Assembly (NCBI RefSeq): GCF_009914755.1
Contig: NC_060939.1
Reading direction: 5' to 3' (one strand)
Length of the DNA stretch: 64,000 nt
Source: the human T2T-CHM13v2.0 reference genome, Homo sapiens
The stretch's first letter is position 1. Each line of letters begins with the position of its first letter. The position numbers were made by a program, and so were the translations under genes. Shown one piece after another: positions 27,934 to 46,288 of the stretch. The notes below the pieces were generated by a model. That model was not told the DNA's origin. It was given only the letters and a program-made list of their open reading frames with translations, and made no database searches.

Positions 27934-28098
27934 TTTTTTTTTATAATTAATTTTTGGAGACAGAGTCTCACTGTGTCACCCAGGCTGGAGTGCAGTGTGC
28001 AATCATAGCTCACTTCAACCTGGAAGTCCTTGGCTCAAGAGATCCTCCCAAGTAGCTAGGACTACAGGTATATGCCACTGTGCCCAACTACATTTTTA
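27934..28098 (-). mobile_element. AluJ right arm (left arm displaced to 29868-29998)
   Basis: Alu sequence stops at the central linker, where the L1 tail begins. Confidence 0.85.
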
Positions 28099-29867
<1,769 letters not shown>

Positions 29868-29998
29868 ATTTTTAAATTTTTAAGAGACGAGGTCTTACTA
29901 CGTTGTCCGAGTTGGTCTCACACTGTTGGCATCAAGTAATCCTCCTGCCTAGGCCTCCCAAAGTGCTGGGATTACAGGCATGAGCCACTGGGCCTGGC
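29868..29998 (-). mobile_element. AluJ left arm (continuation of 27934-28098)
   Basis: gagacgaggtcttactacgttg...gagccactgggcctggc. Confidence 0.85.
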
Positions 29999-30029
29999 TT
30001 CTTCTTGGTAGTTTTAAAATTGTATCCAC

Positions 30030-30505
30030 TAATTGCCTGATTCTCCCGACTTCAAGAGGTGGAGCCTAAGTCCCAGAAGTGACATTGTACAACTTTGGAG
30101 GCTGGGTAATAAAAAGCTGGGTAATAAAAAATCCATTCTGGCTCTGGCGTGGGTGTATGCTCTTTCTCTTTCTTCCTGTCTTGGATCGTTGGCTCTGGGA
30201 AGCCTTACAGAAAGGCCCACATGGTGAGAAACTGAAGTCTCTGCCAATTACCGCAAGGAACAGAGGCCTGCCAACTGTGAGAGTGAGCTTGGAACCAGGT
30301 CCTTCTACCACAGTCAACTCTTGAGATGACCTCTGCTCCACCCAGCAGCTTGACTGCAACCTCCGAAGAGACCCTGAACTGAAACCACCCAGCTACGTCA
30401 CTCTCAGATTTCTGACCCTCAGAAACTGGGAGAAAATAAATGTTTGTTATTTTAACGTGCCAAACTTTCAGTTAATTTTTTACATAGCAATAGACAACTA
30501 GTACA
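30030..30505 (+). mobile_element. MaLR solo LTR (MLT1-type)
   Basis: cccacatggtgagaaactgaag...ctgaccctcagaaactg..aaaataaatgtttgttattttaa...gcaatagacaactagtaca typical MLT1 3' end. Confidence 0.8.
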
Positions 30506-31256
30506 CAACCCTATCAGTGGAATTAGTACAGTGTCTGGTATTGGCTAGAAAAGGCACTGAATAAATATTTGTGGAAGGCATAAATTAAAATGAATAAATA
30601 AAAAATTTTATTTATGTCCTTCTACACCTTTCTCATTTGTATAGCCTCTTTGAAAGTAGCTTAACAGAAGAGTGTTTCTGAGAGAGGATCTCTTTAATTA
30701 TTAAACATTCAATCATTCAATCATTCAACAAATGTTTATTACTGCTACTATTTGTCAATGAACCACTTTATTCAACTATGAAATACTTGTGAGCCCAGTT
30801 AAGTATCTGCCAAGCTTTCGTAAAAATATATTTATTGAATTTCTCCCTGAAAGACTCTCTGCTATAGAGGTTAAAACCCAGTTGTTGGGTTAGTTAGATA
30901 TAGATGACCAAGAAAGGTGAAGGGTTAGTGAAAGGAGAGAAGTTATTTTAATACTGACATACTTAAAGTAATCATTGGTGAGAATGAGACCGATCACTGA
31001 ACTAATAAGGAATAATAAGGATGGGTGTAAATAATGCAAGGCATTCAATGGTTACTGGGAACAATTTGGGGGAAATGTAGCTTACTCATAGTCTGTGCAG
31101 TGTGAAGTGTGGCCAAAGCTGGTTTGGGGGTCAGGTGATCTGGGTTAGAATCCTACCACTGCCATTACAAACTGTGAGAATTTGTAGAACTCACTGAATC
31201 CTTTTGACCTTATTTTCTTCATCTATAAATTGAGCAAGTAACACTATGATTTAGAG

Positions 31257-31425
31257 TTTTTTGGGTTTTTTTGAGACAGGGTCTTGCTCCGTCCCACCCA
31301 GGCTGGAGTGCAGTGGTGCGATCATGACTCACTGCAGCCTTGAGACTTCCTGGGCTCAAGTGATCCCCCTGCCTCAGTCTCCTGGGTGACTAGGACTAGA
31401 GGCACACCCACCATGACTAGCTAGT
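31257..31425 (-). mobile_element. Alu right-arm fragment (AluJ/FRAM) inside a MIR
   Basis: Alu monomer flanked by MIR-like sequence at about 31100-31250 and 31430-31510. Confidence 0.8.
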
Positions 31426-31543
31426 TGTAGAGATTTTAAATTACACAAAGCAAGCAAAAGGTTGAGCTTATTGCCTGGCATGTAGTAGGTACTTGAAAAA
31501 TTGTTAGCTCAAAAAAAAAGAAAAGAAAAAGAAAAGAAAAAAA

Positions 31544-31836
31544 GTCTGGGCGCCGGTGGCTCACGACTGTAATCTCAGCACTTTGGGAGGCCAGGGTGGG
31601 AGTATTGCTTGAGTTCAGGAGTTTGAGAGCAGCCTGAGACACATGGCAGAATCCTGTCTCTATAAAAAACACAAAAAACTAGCTAGGCGTAGTTGCACAT
31701 GCCTGTAGTCCCAGCTACTCAGGGGCTGGTGTGGGAGAAATACTTGAGCCTGGAAGGTCAAGACTGCAGTGAACTGTGATCCTGCCACTGCACTCCAGTC
31801 TGGGTAACAGACTGAGATCCTATCTTGAAAAAAAAA
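31544..31836 (+). mobile_element. AluJ
   Basis: Dimeric Alu with short A tail. Confidence 0.9.
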
Positions 31837-31847
31837 GTTAGCTACTT

Positions 31848-32062
31848 ATTTTTTTTTTTTGAGATGGAGTCTCACTCTGTCGCCTAGGCTGGAGTGCAAT
31901 GGTGTGTTCTCGGCTCACTGCAACCTCTGCCTCCCAGGTTGAAGCGATTCTCCTGCCTCAGCCTCCCAAGTAGCTGGGATTACAGGCATGCACCACCACA
32001 CCCAGCTAATTTTGTATTTTTAGTAGAGTCAGGGTTTCACCATGTTGGTTAGGCTGGGCTCG
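31848..32062 (-). mobile_element. AluS lacking its 5' end
   Basis: Alu similarity ends abruptly after catgttggttaggctgggctcg. Confidence 0.9.
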
Positions 32063-32624
32063 GAGGTTTTCAAGTCTCCTACATTGTTAGAACACTTTCC
32101 TGCTTATGTGCACCTCCCTCCTTTTACCTAAACATCAGTACGGCGGAATTGTCTGAAAATCTAGAGTCAGGAGGAATTATTGGAGTATTGTTGGCCTTCT
32201 CAGCTGCTCTAGGAGGAGCTTGGTGAGATGGGATAAAGGCAACATGGACACAGTGGCAGTCTCTGTGCTGCGTCCTCACACTCCACATGGCCTTCCATCC
32301 CACAGTGTTTCTGCCCGTTGGTTGGTCTCTCTTAAGAGACCATTTGGAGGCTCCTCTTGCACCAAAGTGACCTTAATGGTGGTTCCTGCACGTCTCTAAC
32401 CTACACTTCTGAGAGGTGAGGTATAGGGGCCATTGCAGAACTAGCTCAACTAAAACATTTCAGGGCCATTTAGTAAAAGAGTCAAGAAATGTTTTCTTGT
32501 TCATTAGTTGGCTGCTTCACCTTAACTTGACCATAATTGAAACTGTGAGCCTCTCTGCATTTCCCTTCTTTCTGTTTATCTTACTAACCCTTCTCACTTT
32601 GCCAATTTCTTCCTCTACTTTCAC

Positions 32625-32960
32625 CCTCCCCTTCCTTCCTTCCTTCCTTCCTTCGTTCCCTCCTTCCCTCCTTCCTTCCTTCCTCTCTCTCTCTTTCTTT
32701 CTTTCTTCCTTCCTTTTTTTTTCGGGGTTTCACTCTGTCACCCAGGCCTGAGGGCAGTGGTGTGATTATGGCTCGTTATAGCCTTGACCTCCTAGGCTCA
32801 AGCAGTCCTCCTGCCTCAACCTCCTAAGTAGCTGGAGCCATAGGCATGTGCCATGAAACCCAACTAATTTTTTAAAAATTATTTGTAGAGATGAGGTCAC
32901 CCTGGGCTGCCCAGGCTGGTCTTGAGCTTCGGGGCTCCAGCGATCCTCCTGCCTTAGCCA
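32625..32960 (-). mobile_element. AluJ with (TTCC)n/(TTTC)n-expanded tail
   Basis: Simple repeat 32625-32712, then Alu to gccttagcc. Confidence 0.85.
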
Positions 32961-33947
32961 GTTTTGTTCATTTTTTTCCCTTCCTTTCTCCTCTGTCCAT
33001 CTCTCACTCATGGTGAGGTAGGAGCTAAGAAAACAAGAGGGACTGGAACCATTTTGGTTCCTTTCTTTTCTTCTTTTTTCTTACTCATGTCACATACTTC
33101 CATAGCAGAGGCACTTTGGAAGTTGCCAAGCAAATGAGCTTGTTTCAGATGAATCCATTTATATTTGAGTAGAGGTCTAGGGCTTATTTGGGCTCAATAA
33201 AATCAAGTAAGTCTTTGGATAAAGTGGACAAATTATCCTTTTCGTTTGGCTTGCTCTTTGGCCACAAACACATCATTATTCTTATTCTCATCTATTTGGC
33301 ATTTCCTTGAATGGGTCTTCTCATCTTTTGGCAAAAACAAACACACAGACAAACAACAAACAAATAAACAAAATACCTCAAAAAGCATGAATACGTGAAA
33401 TTTATTTTACGTCAGCCAGTTTGAACATACTCCTTGGTAAAGAGGGTAAAGAAAGATAGGATGAGCACAGTTAGGAATATGATGTTATTTGCTAGATTTA
33501 TTAAAGTGTGCTTATTATTTAAGTCCTTTGGATGACATCTGCAAATAAATATGACTAATGCATTAAATACTATGTCTATATTAAACCTACATTTACATTC
33601 TGCACATTTTTGTATTAGCACATGTGTCTTTCACATTTGACATCTATTTTCTGATACTTAGTAATATAGAGTACATCTTTTAATTTATTTTTTAAAGTCC
33701 TGATGGGAAGAATTAGAAGACATATTTAACAAGATCTTGTAGAATGTCCTCCTATTCTCACAGTGGTAGACAAACTCCATGGTGCCTCTCCTTACACTCA
33801 TCTCTCATGTAACTTATTTAAAAAATATCTTAGCAGATCTGTGAGATTTGCAGCTTCTTTTTGCTCGAAATTCATTCTTTAAGTGTAGAAAACATATATA
33901 TATAGCATTGCAGTATATGAAAATTGAGAGAAAATATAGAAATTACC

Positions 33948-34378
33948 TGTATTAGTTAGGATAAGCCAGATTATGCTGCTGTAACAACTTAGCACTAAAA
34001 TATTTATAGTTTAACAAAACAATTTCTCAGGCTCATTTCTCAGTCACATTACATATCAATTGCATGTTGACATGGTGATTCTATTTCACATACCCACTAA
34101 AGGGCCCAAGATGATAGAGGCAATGCTATCAATAACTGGACCAAATCAAATTAGTGGTATACTTTGTGGCCACAGCAGGGGAAGAGAGCACTGGAATATC
34201 TCTCATGGGCAATGAAATATCCAGAAATAACACATGTTTCTTCTGCTTATATCCTCTTGGCCAGAACTAGTCACCCGGCTGAGCATAACTAGAATGGGGT
34301 ATGAAAAGTATAGTCTTCTGTGTGCTTGGAAGGAAGAGGAGAGCCAGACATTGGTGAGCATTCTTGATGGCCACCACA
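33948..34378 (-). mobile_element. Old MaLR LTR (MLT1-type)
   Basis: Starts tgtattagttaggataagccagattatgctgctgtaacaac, has ggccagaactagtcac, ends accaca. Confidence 0.7.
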
Positions 34379-34445
34379 TTACATAATTTAATCCTTTTAT
34401 TATGTAGATAAAGAAAACTGAGGGCTAGAGAAAGCTGGTACACTA

Positions 34446-34928
<483 letters not shown>

Positions 34929-34929
34929 A

Positions 34930-35690
<761 letters not shown>

Positions 35691-35715
35691 GTTTTTCTCC
35701 ATTTTTAAGAACTGG

Positions 35716-35853
35716 AGGAGGAGGTGGGAGGATCACTTGAGCCTCAGAGGTTGAGGCTGCAGTGAGTTGTGATTGTGCCACTGCACTACCTCCTGGGTGA
35801 CAGAGAGAGATCCTGTCTAAAAAAATAAATAAATAAAAATAAAAATAAAAAAA
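35716..35853 (+). mobile_element. Alu right-arm fragment
   Basis: gaggtgggaggatcacttgagcc...gagatcctgtctaaaaaa. Confidence 0.85.
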
Positions 35854-36182
35854 GTAGAAGAAGAATGACCTCACTGTGCTTTCCAGGCCATATCCTCTAA
35901 TGCCATGATGAGGGAAATTTTCTCTCTCTTATTCAGACAAATGTGAAACTTTGACATTTACTGTTACTATTACTAGTAACAATATCGTGCATGTACTCAG
36001 AACCTTAAACTTCTCAAAGCATTTTCAAATGTCTTTTCTCTCTTGCTTCACCATAATTTATCTGAGATAAGCAGGCTCACTGTCACTGACTTAATTTTAT
36101 AGATACCCACGACAATGACACAATGTGCTCAAGCTCACAAAACCAGCCAATGGTGACATTAGGATTAGAATCCAAAGCTTTG

Positions 36183-36549
36183 CACAACCATGGAAAACAA
36201 TGAAATCATGTCCTTTGCAGCACCATGGATGCAGCTGGAGGCATTTATCCTAAGTGAATTAATGCCAGAACAGAAAACCAAACACTGATTATTCTCACTT
36301 ATAAGTGAGAGCTAAACATTGGGTGCTCATGGACATAAAGATGGCAACATCAGACACTGGGTACTACTAGAAGCGGGATGGAGAGAAGGGGACAGGGGTT
36401 GAAAAACTAACTGTTGGGTACTATGCTCAGTATCTAGGTAATGGGATCATTCATACCCCAAACCACAGCATTATGCAATATACCCATGTAACAAACCTGC
36501 ACATGTACCCCCTGAATCTAAAATAGAAGTTGGTACTATAAAAAAAATA
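36183..36549 (+). mobile_element. Short L1 3' end (old L1PA/L1PB-type) with 14-bp TSD
   Basis: gaaatcatgtcctttgcagc...aacaaacctgcacatgtaccccctgaatctaaaata; TSD aatcca(a/g)agctttg at 36169-36182 and 36550-36563. Confidence 0.9.
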
Positions 36550-36782
36550 AATCCAGAGCTTTGATCTGTAAGACCAATGCTAGAGCACAAGCCAATCATT
36601 TCCTTCCCTTTTCCTCGATTGTAGGTTTCTTCTTGGTGTGAACAGAAATAGCTGGATGACTTTTTTCAAGCACCAACAGCTCTTTAGTAGCAGGGTAAGG
36701 AGCATAATTTGGCTCTTAATCTAGAATGCTTTTTCTAGATTCTTCCCCTTTTTTAAAATCTTAAAGCCTTTACTTTGAGGTA

Positions 36783-37620
<838 letters not shown>

Positions 37621-37829
37621 GAAGTTGTTATATTACATGTGCTCTGTGTATAAAATACTCAACATAATGAGATGATCAGGAACAGAGAAGGAAGTGAAAC
37701 AAAAGGAGAAAATCCAGCTCTACATATTTTCTTTCTATTTCTACTCCCTATTCCTTAGAAGCTATCGGGGTCCTGACAGACTACAGATGTAACAACTGTG
37801 AATTTTGCACAACTGATAAATTATTTTAG

Positions 37830-38345
37830 ATTAGTGAGATTGCCTTCAGTTGCAAGTAATAGAACCTTACTAGAGACTGGCCTAATTTAAAAAAGAATGC
37901 ATTAGCATATATAATGGAAAAGATCAGGGAAAGAGCTAAGTATGCAAATACAATAGGAAACTATTTTTTTATCTCTTGGCTCTGCTTTTCTTTGTGTTGG
38001 CTTCATTCTCTAGTAGATTCTCTTGAAATGTCAGCGCAGATGGCTACTAACATTTCAAATTATATCTTACTAGTTTAGCCTCTTTCTCAATAGTTGCATT
38101 AAACATTTCAGAGTTGATATCCATAGGTCTTGACTGGATAACATATCCAGGCTTGAAAAAAATCACCATCATTCTGATTGGCTGGGCTTAGGTCACCTGC
38201 CAACTGCTGGAAACAATGGATGGAGTTAGCACTACTTAAACCTTAAGGAAGGACCAAAAAAGGAGAAAGGGAATGGTACCCTAAAGGAAAATCAAAGTGC
38301 TATGTAAACAGGGAATGTATGCTGGACAGAGAAAAATTACAGATA
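37830..38345. mobile_element. Old LTR relic (MaLR-like)
   Basis: ttcagttgcaagtaatagaacc...ctgattggctgggcttaggtcac pattern typical of old MLT LTRs. Confidence 0.5.
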
Positions 38346-39069
38346 TCTGTTCTAGTACTCAACTACATGCTTCAGTACTCAACAAATGCAGGAGGGAACA
38401 TAAATGATTATAGTCAAGGGTGACTTGGCTTTGCTTAACTGAAAGCAAAGAGGGTTATGATGCTAAGGACAGGTGGAAAAATCTAATAGACGAAATGTTT
38501 TCAAGTTACGTTCTCTTTAACACTACATTTCCCCAGAGCTTTGCACATGTAGTAGGATTAGATAACATCTTCTGCGGCAATTTTTACAGAAAAATATATT
38601 GGTGGAGAGAAGTTATGTAGGCTATAAAACAAAATTTTAAAACCTTGTCAGTGATCAGCGTTCTCCGGATAAATAAATATTTGGATATTTGTTAATATAT
38701 GGATGTAAAGATGCTGGTCTGTTCTTTAGATAAGATTATTTTTTAACTCCCGGGAAATCCCTGTGATTCACCTTTGCTTAATCTGCAAGCAGTGTTGATT
38801 CCAAGCACAACTATGTTTAGCATGGGCATGTTGTCTTTGTGTCCTATTTTTCTACAGGTGGCAATTACTGTTTCCTCAAGCCTGGAGTGTATGGTTATGG
38901 GACAGCCACTTCCTCCTTCAAATCACATCCATTAATCTGTGTGGGCAAAGTCCATCACTATCATCTATTGATCATATTTGGCTTGGGTGGAACAGATTTT
39001 CAACTGTCACAAGTAAAATACTCCCTACAGACCAGGTAAATTCATACAAACCCAACAGACTATGCTTTT

Positions 39070-39359
39070 TTTTTTTTTTTTGTGAGACAGGGTCTCTCTT
39101 CTGTCACCCAGGTTGGAGTGCAGTGGCGCGATCATGGCTCACTGCATTTTTGACTTCCATTGCTCCTCCTACCTCGGCTTCCCAAGTAGCTGGGACTACA
39201 CGCATGTGCCACCATGCCTAGTGAATCTTTTGTATTTTTAGTAGAGACAGGGTTTTGCCATGTTGTCCAGTCTGGCCTCAAAGTCCTGGGCTCAAGCGGT
39301 CTGTTCTCCTCAGCCTCCCCAAGGGCTGGGATTACAGGTATGAACCACTGTGCCTGGCC
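39070..39359 (-). mobile_element. AluJ with 14-bp TSD
   Basis: TSD cagactatgctttt at 39056-39069 and 39360-39373. Confidence 0.93.
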
Positions 39360-39449
39360 CAGACTATGCTTTTAAATAAAATTTATCAACCGATATTTGT
39401 ATCACACGTTCCTGTTTCCTAACTTCTGGCATGTAAACCGTCTCACTTA

Positions 39450-41350
39450 TTATCACGGAAGCTTTGGAAGGCAGGTAGGGCAGATTATATTATTATTCTC
39501 ATATCATAGGTGATGAAATAGAGATCTAGAGAGATGAGGTGAACTACTCAAGCTGATATGAGCAATAATTAATGTGAGTCTTCAGATTCTAGACCTCAGG
39601 TTTTTCTCAAGGTGCCTGAGTTTGGGTGAGGGTGGCAGTGTTGGCTAGAAGTGAGTGGGAAAAACTCTGGAATCCAGGTTTGAAGCCTGGTTCTGCTGAT
39701 TGCTGGTTGTGTGACCTCAGGCAGATTTCTTAATCACATAGCCTCAAATTACTCATCTATATGTTGTTAAATCATTTTTTGCCTCATAGGATTCTTGTGA
39801 TGATTAAATGAAGTAACGCATGAATGGCACTTGGCAGGGCCTCATATATCTCTCCTGCTTGAATATATCAGTTATGTTATTGTTGTTGTATATGTCCAAA
39901 TCCAGATTCAACCTGCATTCACAAAGAGAAATGAAGAACTGAATCATTCGTCTGTGCTGTGCCAAGCTTCTGCCTCTATCAACCATATCTTTCAAGCATG
40001 GGTAGGAGGCAAGGGTGAATTGCCCCAATCGGTTGTTTACCTTGCTAAGCTTGCCTTCTGATAGCTTTTCTTCCCATTCTGATTGTCCATCACAAAGCCA
40101 AGTATATGTTGTATATGTTCCAAAGATTGTAAGAGTAAGAGTATTTGGTATATTCTAAGAGAGAAATGTAAACTCTACAATTTGATTCAATAATTAAGTA
40201 TATAGCCATGTTAAAAACAGTGAAACAAAAACACCCATCTGAGTCTTTCTTCTTAGACTAAGTAAGCTCCAATGAAAGCATTTCTCCTATTTTACTTTGT
40301 TTTGAACTTTCCTCAGTTTTAGTGCATTATGAATTTTTCCCAGTGTTAGTTTTATTAGAGATGAACCAATTATTTCCATATACCTCCAACACTGGTTCTT
40401 CTGTAATGTTGGCTTTGAATACAGTAGTGGTCAAAACATCAATTTCATTTGGATAGACCCTGGCGGTTTTGTAGAGTAAAGGCAAATGAAAATAGCATGT
40501 TCTGGGAAGGTGCAGCCTTTCCTGTTGAACTTGGTTGATTCTTGCATTCATTCAGGACCATTGAACAGCCTGTCAGAAATGAAACTCAGCGGAAGAGCAA
40601 GACCTAATCCCTGCCAAGTGAGCTTGCTCTCTCATGGTGGATACAGAAAAGTAAACAGGCAATGAAGGATGGTGATGGAAGTATAGAGAGAATGGGAGCA
40701 CATGCATGAGGAGCACTGAACTCAGACTGTGGGAACTCTTCTCAGAGATGGTGACATCTAAGCAGAGGGCTGACCAATGACTGTGGATTAGCAAGTCAGA
40801 GTTTGCTGGGGGGAGGGAAGAGGCAACTATTCCAGGCCCAAAGAGAAGATGCAAGGGCTGTGAGGATGGAGTGAACTTGGCTGGTTTATGGCGTGCAGAA
40901 TTCTAGGAGAAACCTGGCAGGAGAGGGACATAAGGAGTTAGGGCCAAAATAGGGAGAGAGTAGAACAGTGAAAACTTCTCCCACGCCTACCCCCAAGTCC
41001 ATGAAAGTGCAAGTGACCCCACAGTTCCTCTGTCTCCCAGTGGAAAGATAAGTTCCTTTAGCACTGGGCTTTCTGGGGACTAAATGAAAGCAACAATGAC
41101 TCAGCACTTCACAACGTGTCAGGCACAGTTCTAGTTATTTTATAGTGATTTAAACTTCTAACAATCCTATGATGTAGGCAATATTGTTCTGCCCATTTTA
41201 CAGGTGAGGATATTGAGACAAGGGGAGGTAAATGACTTCCACAGGGAAACCCAGCCGATGAGAGGCAGAGCCAGGACTGGATCCCAGGTGGTGTGGCTCC
41301 AGAGAGTCCCCCTCGACAAAAAAGGCTGTAGCGGTTAGGTGTCCTGTGAG
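39450..41350. mobile_element. Cluster of MIR (about 39450-39840 and 41100-41350) and L2 (about 40600-40950) relics
   Basis: gtgtgacctcaggcagatttcttaatc and cccattttacaggtgagga MIR cores; ctctctcatgg...gagatggtgacatctaagc L2 pattern. Confidence 0.6.
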
Positions 41351-43889
41351 CAGATTCAGGAATGCCCCGCAGAGCTTCCAGCGCAGTGCCATGGCAACTA
41401 GAGAGCACTCCCCTGACATTTGCATGAAGAGAGCAACTCTTTCATCTCTTTTTTGTGGGGTGGGGAGGGTGGTGGAAAGCCATGGTGAAGTAGTCAGGAC
41501 AATGTTTCACTAAAACATGCTTATCAAAATAAGCATGTCTCTAAGCTACAAATTATAACAGCTATTGCAAATTATGGTGGTTTACCATGGAAGAGATTTC
41601 AGACTCCCCTTATCTTTACTTTTGCTTTCTCTTTAACATAGGTAATGAAATCAGACAGGTCATTGTCCATTAAAGTCTGTAACGCGTCCTGATTCTCAAG
41701 AAATGAAAACGAAACATTTTCTTTGCCTTTGCAGCACTGCTACACTTTATTCAAATTCAAAGACTGCTTTTTACCATGACTCAGTCAGCATTTTATTTTG
41801 TTGTGTCATTTTTAAAGCAAAATTTCTCTTTTTAGAAGACTATGTGACATGCTTCTGCTCCCAAATGAAAATGCAGGCTCCAGCCATACCTGACATGGCT
41901 TTTTGGTTTCTCTTCCAGAAGTTCATGGATTCGAATGCCAAAGACACAATATTGGTTTTGATGCACTTGCAGTAGCACAAAGTGAAGTCCTGGCGGCCTT
42001 ATCCTAGTTTCATAAAAGAAAAAAAAAGTTAAAGAGATGGGGAAGATAATAGCTAAAAAAAAACAACAAAAAAGCTGAATTCAAACTGCGATGACTTTAT
42101 CAAAGGACTGTCCTACTGACATTCAACATAACATCAAAATTAACATCACCTTGCCAATATTTGTAGTTTAGTCACAACTTTTCAACTACACTCTACTCTC
42201 TTTTGGGGAAAAGAAAGTTACGCATGCTAGCTGTTTTCAAGTTTGGCAGATGCACTTTGAAAATACTCGTTGGAGAGTGAGATTAAAAACAAAAACGCTG
42301 TGTAATATTTCTATTACCAGGAGCAAAATTGTTTCTATGAAAAAATATTTGAGGAACATCTTTAATTTGTTGCTGGAATTGATTTGTGTGTGTTTGTTGC
42401 TTAATTCTCTGTTCTGGTCAAAAAGCTGTCAAGTTGGATCAGGCCGTTTGATCCTATCCTATTTCCAGTCTTCTTCTAGGACCTGTGAGCACGGGCAAAC
42501 ACTTTTTAATTATCCTGATCAAGTGTGGGGGACATCCTTTTGCTGACCCCACTTGTAATCAACTGTGATCTCCTAGAAGCAGGCGAATTGATTGCTTCTG
42601 TCCTCCCCAACTAACCAGAAGAGTAGGTCTTGCATTATCCTGGGCCTTTGAAAAACCCAACTCAGTGATTGATTTTGTGGCTGCCGGTGGCAGCAAATTC
42701 CTCAGCATGAATTCTACCAAGTGAAAAAGTATTTCCTATAACTTGCTTTAAATTTCCTTAGCATTAACTTCTCTGAGTGGCCCAGTCTCTTATGGGACAA
42801 TGTAATAAGGATCTATCGGTTTTACTGCCTAGTACATATCTTTAATGCCTAAGTAAATCTCTCTTATTTTTCCGCCCAGGCTTAGTAATTCTGACTTTTG
42901 AAATCTCCTGTCGTGAACAAATCTACACTGCACTTTATTTCTTGCCCCGTCCTGGAATTCAGCCACTCCTGCACTACATTTCTTAAGGTGAAGAAGTGAA
43001 AGACGAAGACACCAATCCAAGTGAACGTGTGTTATTCTCTTCTATAATGCTATTGTATTATATTCCCTCTTTTTTTTAAATTCTCTTGATTTCTCTGCAC
43101 AAAAGAGGGAAATTCTTCCAAAGCAACGGAAAGTTTCCTTGAAATACTTTTATCTAGTCACACTTACATAGTGTAATGTCTCTCTCTTACAGCATTGTAC
43201 AGTTTGGGATTTGTTTTTAATCCTGTGGAAAATGTCCTAACAGGGCTTTGGTGTATCTTTGTTCCAATTTCTACATTGCTTGGGGAGGGGGAGAAGCTTT
43301 CTTTGTATTAAATGAAATACACCTCTACTTCATTAAATAAATAGACACCTCAACCATTAGTTGCTAATGAAACAAAAATCTAAGTAAAACATCTAACTAT
43401 CCAAATACTACATTTTCTCTACCTTTGCCCCAAAATGTGCCTCATCTCCCTGCACCTCCAAATAATATTTCTAGTGTTTTCATTTTATTAGTTTTGCAAT
43501 GTCACTGTCCAGATAGAATTATTCGATGACTTAAAACAACTTTCGTAAGATTTTCAAGCCCTAAATTAAAAAATCATATTTCAATACAACAGATCTTGTC
43601 ATTTATTTATTGGGATGTGTGTGAGAGGGACCTGCTGCTTCGTGCTCGTCCAGTACATTGGCTTTGAAATATACTTGAATTTGTGGAGGCAGGGTGTAGA
43701 ATGACAAAAACAAACAAAAACCCCACAATACAGACCAAACTGGGGTACACACGGACAGATTGGTTTTAATTTTATTTTAATTTTTGAGTTTCTATGAGAA
43801 GAAGAATGAGGAGAGACAAAAAAGGGGAAGAGTGAGAGATCGCATATTTAGGGTATGACAAATTGGGAATGGCTCTGCAGTGATCTTTT

Positions 43890-44228
<339 letters not shown>

Positions 44229-45143
44229 TCTGATCTCTTTTTCTGCCCTTCTTCTCTACCTTCTTCCTTCCCTTCCTTCCTCTTTTCCTGCCTTCCTCCT
44301 TCCCTCCCTCTCTTCCTTCTTTTTTCACTGTCATCAAAGGTTATTGAGCCCCTCCCAAGTGTAAATATTGTGCTAGGCACCAGGGTACAGTGAAAAGATA
44401 GATATGATCCCTGGACTTGCAGAGCAGAACCAGGCAGCCAAAAGCATGTGTGTTAGGAGTCATCCAGGGGGAGCCATAGATGCATGGACAAGGAGCACGT
44501 GTGGCTGTGAGGGTTTCCTGTGGGAAATGATGCTAAAGACAGTGTGTGAAAGATGGATGGAAGTGGCCAGGGGAAGGAATTATTAGGGGAAGTTAAAGAA
44601 ATCATCCCCAAACCAGAAGGTGCTCACCACAGAGGAGCTGAAGGAAGTCCCGCAGGGCCGATGGGCAGGGCTCCAGGTGGAAAGTTCTCCAGCAAGGCTA
44701 TCCAGGCTTGGAGTGCTGGTCATTACTTTGAAAACAAAACTAATGCCAGAACTCAGAAACCTAGTTGGGGGAGAGAGGGTGTTCTTTTTCCTAAATCTAG
44801 CGAAGATTAGGTACAGTTGGAATCATTATAATAAAATTATCTGACATAGCTACAGAACTCCAAAGAGGAGAAAGTTAGAAATTTGAGAATCTACTAAATG
44901 TCTGCATCCCTGTCCCCTCTCCCTAAATGAGGACGTGAATATGTGACATGGGCATTCCAGTGGGATGAGCTGAGTGCACTGGAGGCTACTGGGGTTGTGA
45001 ATTGGCAAAGAGGCTGACCAGGTGCAGGGAGATTTGTTTTCAAGGGCTCTCCTCTCAGCATTAGGGACATACAACAGGGATAACATAGAAAACACTTTTT
45101 CAGGTACTTGATACTTTAAATTTAATTTTAATTAAAATAACTG

Positions 45144-45424
45144 TTTCTAGAGACAGGGTCTTACTCTGTCACCCAGGCTGGAGTACAGTGACACAATCAC
45201 AGCTCACCGCAGCCTTAAACTCCTGGGCTCAAGTGATCCTCCCGTGTTAGCCTCCCAAGTAGCCTGGACTACAGGCATGCACCACCACACCCAGCTAATT
45301 TTTATTTTTTATTTTTGCAGGTAGGGGTTGCCCAGGCTGGCCTCATACTCCTGTCCTCAAGCTGTCCACCCATTTTGGTCTCCCAAAGTGCTGGGATTAT
45401 AGGCGTGAGCCACTGCGCCCAGCC
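45144..45424 (-). mobile_element. AluJ
   Basis: gagacagggtcttactctg...gtgagccactgcgcccagcc. Confidence 0.9.
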
Positions 45425-45878
45425 TTAATACTTTTAAACTTTCTCTCGATCTCTCTCTCGCTTTCTCACTTGGTAGCCAAAGCCATAAAAGTCATAAAAA
45501 TTAAGCAATTTGAGATTTCCCACCCAGGGGAAGGGTCACTCTGTTGACAATGAGAGGAAATTAAAGGTTGGGGTCATGTTCTCTTTGCCCATCCTTCTAT
45601 TAATGCAGAAAGATAATTGCATGGCTCTGATTGCATGGAGAGATAAACGCCCAATCCCCCTCCACTCTTCCTTCGCCACGTCTCCAGGACTGACAGCAGA
45701 CCAAGGGACATTTGGCTTCAAGTGGGGAAGAAAATTTGCTGGAAAAGGCCTCCTCAGAGCTGGGCATAGCTCTGTCTGATGGAGGCCTGACTTGCTTCTA
45801 AAAAGAGTGTGGTCTGGATCCATCCCCTTTTCCCAAATCATTTTAAATCTTGCTGAATCAGTTCAATTTGAAGTCTAA

Positions 45879-46288
<410 letters not shown>

